Source: an uncultured bacterium
Lineage (GTDB): Bacteria > Hinthialibacterota > Hinthialibacteria > OLB16
Assembly: GCA_964481775.1 (NCBI GenBank)
Contig: CAYZUX010000023.1
Coordinates: 1 to 40,334, forward strand
Direction: 5' to 3'
Length of the DNA: 40,334 nucleotides
In this document: positions 35,924-40,334 of the stretch, one piece after another
Position numbering within the stretch: position 1 is the stretch's first letter
Layout: each line of letters begins with the position of its first letter
Translations under genes and position numbers: made by a program
Notes under the pieces: model-generated
What the model was told of the DNA's origin: nothing
What the model saw: only the letters and a program-made list of their open reading frames with translations
Databases searched by the model: none

Positions 35924-36481
35924 TTGGCTGTACTTGGGATGGTGGAGTTTAACAGAATTGCTACTGGCATTCATGCAACAGATGCCATGGTGAAGGCAGC
36001 TGAAGTTGAACTTATCGAATCCAGACCGATTACACCGGGCAAGTATATCTCGCTCGTGACTGGAGATGTGGCTTCTGTGAGTGCTTCCGTCAAAGCGGGT
36101 ATTGAAACAGCGGGTCTTGATGGAGTGATTGAGTCCTTTGTGCTCCCAAACCTTCATCCGCAAATTTTGCCCGTGATGCAAGGATACAACCCGGTTCCTG
36201 ATAAGGAGGCGGTCGGTATACTCGAAACAACTGGTGTTGCCGCTATTATTACAGCAACAGATGCAGCTCTAAAGGAATCTCCCGTGATTCTCGTTCGTCT
36301 TCATCTGGGTCTTCACATTGGAGGAAAGGGTTACGCAGTACTTGTGGGTGAGATTGCGGATATCGAGTCTTCAATCATGGCGGGAACCCGACAGGCTGGA
36401 AATCAACTTATCGATAAGAAAATTATTCCGAATCCTTATGAGGAGATATACCAATACCTCATGAAGAAACCTCACTGGTAA
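35924..36481 (+). CDS. Fused double BMC-domain shell protein (non-permuted tandem, BMC-T-like pseudohexamer)
   Basis: Domain 1 is MAVLGMVEFNRIATGIHATDAMVKAAEVELIESRPITPGKYISLVTGDVASVSASVKAGIE. Domain 2 is AVGILETTGVAAIITATDAALKESPVILVRLHLGLHIGGKGYAVLVGEIADIESSIMAG. Both are BMC-H-like. Confidence 0.75.
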   Translation: MAVLGMVEFNRIATGIHATDAMVKAAEVELIESRPITPGKYISLVTGDVASVSASVKAGIETAGLDGVIESFVLPNLHPQILPVMQGYNPVPDKEAVGILETTGVAAIITATDAALKESPVILVRLHLGLHIGGKGYAVLVGEIADIESSIMAGTRQAGNQLIDKKIIPNPYEEIYQYLMKKPHW

Positions 36482-36497
36482 GGATGATAAACTCGAT

Positions 36498-36782
36498 ATG
36501 ATTCCTGCACGAGTTATTGGCAGAATGGTTCTCAATCAAACTCTGCCGGCATTTCAGGGAGTTCCCTTTCTTTTGGTGGAGCCCATTAATGAAAAAATGA
36601 TCACTTCGGGGGATTATATGGTTGTCTGTGACGCTATTGGTGCCAATCTGGGTGAAACGGTATTTCTCGCCCAGGGACGGGAGGCGACTTTCAATCTTCC
36701 CGACCCATTCAATCCGGCCGACATGACGATAATTGCCATAATTGACCAAATAACGACCGGTCAGGATTCTCAGAAGGAATAG
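36498..36782 (+). CDS. BMC-P vertex protein paralogue 2 (EutN/CcmL family)
   Basis: MIPARVIGRMVLNQTLPAFQGVPFLLVEP…GDYMVVCDAIGANLGETVFLAQG…MTIIAIIDQI. Confidence 0.8.
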   Translation: MIPARVIGRMVLNQTLPAFQGVPFLLVEPINEKMITSGDYMVVCDAIGANLGETVFLAQGREATFNLPDPFNPADMTIIAIIDQITTGQDSQKE

Positions 36783-36790
36783 TTCAAACA

Positions 36791-37063
36791 GTGAAAATTG
36801 CACGTGTTGTGGCCCATGTTGTCTCAACCCAGAAGGTGATCAAGTATCACGGGATGAAAACATTGCTGGTAAAACCGTTACGTCTGGATGGAAGTGAGGA
36901 GGGCTCCACTTTTGTTGCCATAGACCGGGTACAGGCTGGGATCGGTGATATGGTATTATTAATGCAGGAGGGCAGCTCTGCTCGTACAATGTTTTATGAT
37001 GAACAAATGCCTGCTAGAAGTGTGATTGTCGGGATTATTGATCACCTGGAGATTAATGAATGA
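36791..37063 (+). CDS. BMC-P vertex protein paralogue 3 (EutN/CcmL family)
   Basis: MKIARVVAHVVSTQKVIKYHGMKTLLVKPL…STFVAIDRVQAGIGDMVLLMQEGSSAR…VIVGIIDHLEI. Its stop overlaps the aldolase start (ATGA at 37060-37063). Confidence 0.85.
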   Translation: MKIARVVAHVVSTQKVIKYHGMKTLLVKPLRLDGSEEGSTFVAIDRVQAGIGDMVLLMQEGSSARTMFYDEQMPARSVIVGIIDHLEINE

Positions 37064-37824
37064 TGACTGAGCTCGACATAAGAAAGGCAATATGTGAGGC
37101 CGGTAAAAGGCTTTATCTAAAAAATCTTGTTGCTGCGACTGATGGAAATATCAGTGTTCGGATTGGACCTGATCGATATCTTTGCACCCCAAGCGGAGTT
37201 TCGAAATATGATATGGCCCCTCATCATATTCTTATTGCTGACGGGCGAGGGAAACGGATATCTGGCGAGGGTAAAGTAACCTCCGAGTTTTTTACTCACC
37301 TTGCGGCGTATGAAGAACGAGCTGATGTGAGGGCTGTGGTTCATGCCCACCCACCAAAGGCCGTCGGATTTTCACTGGCGGGTGTTTCCATGGCGGAGTG
37401 TGTATTACCGGAAGTGGTTTACACGATAGGCGGTATTCCAACCTCCACCTATGCGACACCAGCTACTAAAGAAGGAGGGGAATCCATCAGGGAATTGATC
37501 CGCAAGTGTGATGCTCTGGTGATGGACCGTCATGGCGCAATTACTGTCGGAGTCGATGTTTATGACGCTCTTTTCAAAATGGAAAAGATCGAACATGCGG
37601 CGGATACTCTACTGGTGGCGCATCTATTAGGAAAAATTCGGACATTGGATTCAGAACAAATCATAAAATTACAGGGAATCCGGAAGTCCTATGGCGTATC
37701 AGGATATGCATATCCCTGTCATGAAAAGTCCTCGACACAATCTGAAAAAAATAAAGACGGAAACGAATCCTCAGACTTGGATAATATTATTGAGGATACC
37801 TTGCGAATTCTGGGCGGTGGGTAA
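37060..37824 (+). CDS. Class II (metal-dependent) aldolase, L-fuculose-/L-rhamnulose-1-phosphate aldolase family, with C-terminal encapsulation-peptide-like extension
   Basis: …ATDGNISVRIGPDRYLCTPSG… and the zinc-ligand motif VVHAHPPKAV, with Glu in TSEFFTHLAAYEE. Beyond the ~210-aa core lies a low-complexity linker (KSSTQSEKNKDGNESS) and an amphipathic DLDNIIEDTLRILGGG tail. Confidence 0.85.
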   Translation: MMTELDIRKAICEAGKRLYLKNLVAATDGNISVRIGPDRYLCTPSGVSKYDMAPHHILIADGRGKRISGEGKVTSEFFTHLAAYEERADVRAVVHAHPPKAVGFSLAGVSMAECVLPEVVYTIGGIPTSTYATPATKEGGESIRELIRKCDALVMDRHGAITVGVDVYDALFKMEKIEHAADTLLVAHLLGKIRTLDSEQIIKLQGIRKSYGVSGYAYPCHEKSSTQSEKNKDGNESSDLDNIIEDTLRILGGG

Positions 37825-38167
37825 GATATTGGTAAAAAAAAAGGATCGTGGCATAAAGTAATTATTATGTAGCAACAAATACTTCATTCCAGAATTACTT
37901 CTATCGCAGGACAGAAAGACCAGAATCCATCACCATCACCCTATGGAAGAAGAGGGTGGAAAATTATGTAAAACAATTTGCAAAACCAAACCAATAGTTT
38001 ATTATTTGATGAGTATGTTCATGATTAATCAATAAAAAGCATGTGTCCAGATTTGACTATTTGATTTTTATTCCAGGTTGAGTTTTATCGATTAAAGACT
38101 AATGAAAACATGGACTTCCGGATTTATTCTTGTTTTAATATTATTAATCCAAACCAAGGAGACGGTT

Positions 38168-39457
38168 ATGACGGCAACAAAAAATTCCCTAATGGCAACA
38201 ATCAAATCCCTGATGGAAGAAAAAGGTGTGCGCCGCCACGAACAGTCTGGCTACTATTATTACACCAGTTACGTGGACCTTTATGACTGGGAACTCTACT
38301 TTGATACAATTGCTCTGGCCTATGTTGGCGGAGAAGAAATTGCAATTCAGGGCCTTCGATTGTTTTGTGAGGCTCAAAAAACTGATGGATTTATCAGCCG
38401 GAGAATTCTTCAAAAACCTCTTCCAGAGAAAATCCCTGATCTTCATCGGAGGATATTCGCCGAGGAACAATTAGAACACTGTAAGCCCTTTCTTTTTCAG
38501 ACTTCGTTGATAATCAGCCGAACCAGAGGCAATGTGAACTGGCTTCGCCGAGAGGATTACGATGCACTTAAGAAATACCTGGACCACTGGTTATCATGCT
38601 GGGACCGTAATTCGAATGGACTGTGTGAATGGAGTAGTGCCCCACATAGTGGCTCGGATACTCAGTTGGAACGAATTGGACCTTGGCGATCGCGGTATTG
38701 TGAAGGTGTTGATTTGAACTGCTTTATAGTTTATGAGTGCCAGGCTGCCGCCTATATCTCTGAGGCAATGGGAGAAACCGAAGATTCGCAAAGATTTAGA
38801 CGAGAAGCTCACAGACGATCTCAGCTGATTCGAGATTTGCTCTGGGATGATCAGGAAGGTTTCTTCTATGATCGTGATGCGCGCACGGGGAAACAAATCA
38901 AAGTTAAATCCGCCGCCGCCTTTTTGACCCTGTGGGCGGGAGTTGCGACACCGGCTCAGGCTCAAGATCTTGTTCAGAGATACCTTTTGAATCCGGAGGA
39001 ATTCTGGCGTCCATTTCCGATATCGAGTTATGCCCGGTCAGAGCCATCCTACACACAATTTTATATCCCAAAGCCTGATATGGACCCTCTTAATGCTCTG
39101 GGACCCGGCCATGCCAACTGGTGCGGTGGGATGTGGCCTCATTGGAATTACCAGATCGTCCATGGACTGATTGAATATGGTTTCAAAGAGGAAGCTGGAA
39201 TTATAGCTGATAAACTTTTTGAGGCTGTTTCCAGAGAAGAAGGGCTGTTCGAATGGTATGATGCCGAGACAGGAGCCGGACAAGGTCTGAACCCCTTTTG
39301 GGCCGGTGCTTCCATCATGGGTGTGGTTCTCCCGGAAGAACTTCGGCAGGAGTTCAACCCCTCTCAGCCGGATTCTGTTGAGAAATTATTGAAATTTGAA
39401 ACGATGCGTTCAGCCCTCGGAATAGATAGTGTCTTTAACCCAAAGATAATACATTGA
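38168..39457 (+). CDS. Six-hairpin (alpha/alpha)6 glycoside hydrolase-like protein (GH63/GH37-like)
   Basis: The ORF track starts at 38102, which would add a hydrophobic MKTWTSGFILVLILLIQT leader. The Met at 38168 has a strong AAGGAGA RBS 7 nt upstream. The motifs …WDRNSNGLCEW…, …FFYDRDARTG… and …ANWCGGMWPHWNYQIVHGLIEYGFKEEAG… fit GH63/trehalase-like folds. Confidence 0.5.
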   Translation: MTATKNSLMATIKSLMEEKGVRRHEQSGYYYYTSYVDLYDWELYFDTIALAYVGGEEIAIQGLRLFCEAQKTDGFISRRILQKPLPEKIPDLHRRIFAEEQLEHCKPFLFQTSLIISRTRGNVNWLRREDYDALKKYLDHWLSCWDRNSNGLCEWSSAPHSGSDTQLERIGPWRSRYCEGVDLNCFIVYECQAAAYISEAMGETEDSQRFRREAHRRSQLIRDLLWDDQEGFFYDRDARTGKQIKVKSAAAFLTLWAGVATPAQAQDLVQRYLLNPEEFWRPFPISSYARSEPSYTQFYIPKPDMDPLNALGPGHANWCGGMWPHWNYQIVHGLIEYGFKEEAGIIADKLFEAVSREEGLFEWYDAETGAGQGLNPFWAGASIMGVVLPEELRQEFNPSQPDSVEKLLKFETMRSALGIDSVFNPKIIH

Positions 39458-40081
39458 CGCTCCTGAAAGAATCCCTTCCGCAACGGTTCATTCTGAATGA
39501 ATCAGTTTGACTTTCTCAGATTCCTCATGGAGAAGTTGAGTTGAAAAAAGGATACTCAAGGATAGTCGGCATTCCCGCCGATGTATTTGTTTTCCAAAAG
39601 AACATGTGAGCAAGGGGGTTTGCTATGGTAATTGTATTGTCTTTCCCGGTCTGGTCTTGAATATGGCGAAGGACCAGGTCCGGGCCGATATTTTGACATC
39701 TGTTGTGGGTCCTGCCAGAATGGGTGTTTACAGGAGAGTATACAGTGATGGGGATATAACCGATTTATGAATGCTATCCCCTGTGGTCTGTGATCTGGGC
39801 GATCATCATTACAAGGGAGAGAAGCTGCCGGTGGGCAGTTCCTCCTGGCAACCCTGAGAAGCACGTGAGCAAATACGCGGGAGTCTTTCAGGAATCTCTA
39901 AATGGCTGACGGGTGTAAAAATCGAGACAACGTCAAAACAGTGCGGTGGAGTTTTCGTGGCTGGACGATTTGAGGAAGAAATATGTGGACAGCACCTGTT
40001 GACCTGACGGATGGGCAGAGGAAGACAGGGGTGCCAGGTAGGAGCCGGGTCGGCGAAGAGTCTTTTCAAGTTGGCGGGAAT

Positions 40082-40334
40082 TAGATCATTGACCTTACGT
40101 GCAGGATAGACAAGGACACGTTGCAGCAAATCGGAAAGGGAGCCAGTTCGGGAGTGGTAACGCCCTGATGGCATTTCTGGCAGGGGTACTTGAACCGGAC
40201 ATGCTCGCGGATCTGGAGTTGCGTGGGGAGGTAATCGAGTTGTTCAGTGATGGTTTCGCCGAAGGGCTGCTGAAGCCCGCCACAGCAGGGGCAGATCCGC
40301 TTTTCTTCGGGAAGCGTGTGTTCGATGCGTATGC
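40082..40334 (-). mobile_element. IS66-family transposase (TnpC-like) fragment: zinc-finger region only, truncated and decayed (remnant)
   Basis: The minus-strand frame entering from beyond the window end reads IRIEHTLPEEKRICPCCGGLQQPFGETITEQLDYLPTQLQIREHVRFKYPCQKCHQGVTTPELAPFPI, then a stop at 40082-40084. This matches the IS66 TnpC CxxC…CxxC segment (…CP.CGG.L..IGE..SE.LD..P....V..H.R.KY.C..C…V.AP.P.RPI). The expected downstream …GLLA.V.VSKY.DHLPLYRQ… is absent or frame-broken, and only ~620 bp remain before the GH gene. Confidence 0.55.

Noticed and set aside
38102-38167. Upstream ATG giving the 38.2-kb glycosidase a hydrophobic N-terminal leader
   Set aside because: It has no convincing RBS, whereas the downstream Met has a strong one. 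The leader also has no positively charged n-region. It is kept as an alternative start in the feature note only.
39458-39560. Short inverted repeat (ttcattc-t-gaatgaa) after the 38.2-kb glycosidase gene as a terminator
   Set aside because: The stem is short with a 1-2-nt loop and is not followed by a T-run. It is not convincing.
1-40334. CRISPR arrays, tRNA or rRNA genes
   Set aside because: No regularly spaced direct repeats were seen. No cloverleaf-like conserved tRNA boxes or rRNA-like segments were found in any intergenic region.

Overview
This 40.3-kb window reads as three functional blocks. The DUF1559-like prepilin protein, the six-hairpin glycosidases and the PVM-type microcompartment together suggest a Planctomycetes/Verrucomicrobia-like organism. 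(1) 1-5.1 kb, minus strand, GC-richer: a partial RND efflux permease, its periplasmic adaptor lipoprotein, a small STAS-domain protein and a GAF/AAA+/Fis-HTH sigma-54 enhancer-binding protein. (2) 5.4-24.6 kb, all minus strand: a polysaccharide-utilisation block. It holds four very large secreted (alpha/alpha)6 or TIM-barrel glycosidase-like proteins, one of which carries an internal duplicated ~90-aa module. It also holds an L-fucose-isomerase-family protein, two secreted right-handed beta-helix proteins, an SSS-family Na+/solute symporter and a prepilin-type (DUF1559-like) protein followed by a clear intrinsic terminator. (3) 25.4-37.8 kb, all plus strand: a sugar-phosphate catabolic island. 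An RpiR (HTH+SIS) regulator is followed by a RuBisCO-like protein (form IV-like, non-canonical active site), a rhamnulokinase-like FGGY kinase and a xylose-isomerase-fold sugar(-phosphate) isomerase/epimerase. Next come a lipoyl+PSBD carrier protein and TPP-dependent E1 alpha and E1 beta subunits. These sit directly in front of a complete bacterial-microcompartment (BMC) gene set: 1 BMC-H, 2 BMC-T, 3 BMC-P, a CoA-acylating aldehyde dehydrogenase with an N-terminal extension, and a class II aldolase with a C-terminal encapsulation-peptide-like tail. The main findings are the RuBisCO-like protein inside a BMC-associated operon, and a lipoyl-PSBD module that reads in frame into E1-alpha across a single TAA codon lying inside the PSBD domain. 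The window ends with a six-hairpin glycosidase and a truncated IS66-family transposase remnant. No rRNA, tRNA or CRISPR arrays were seen.
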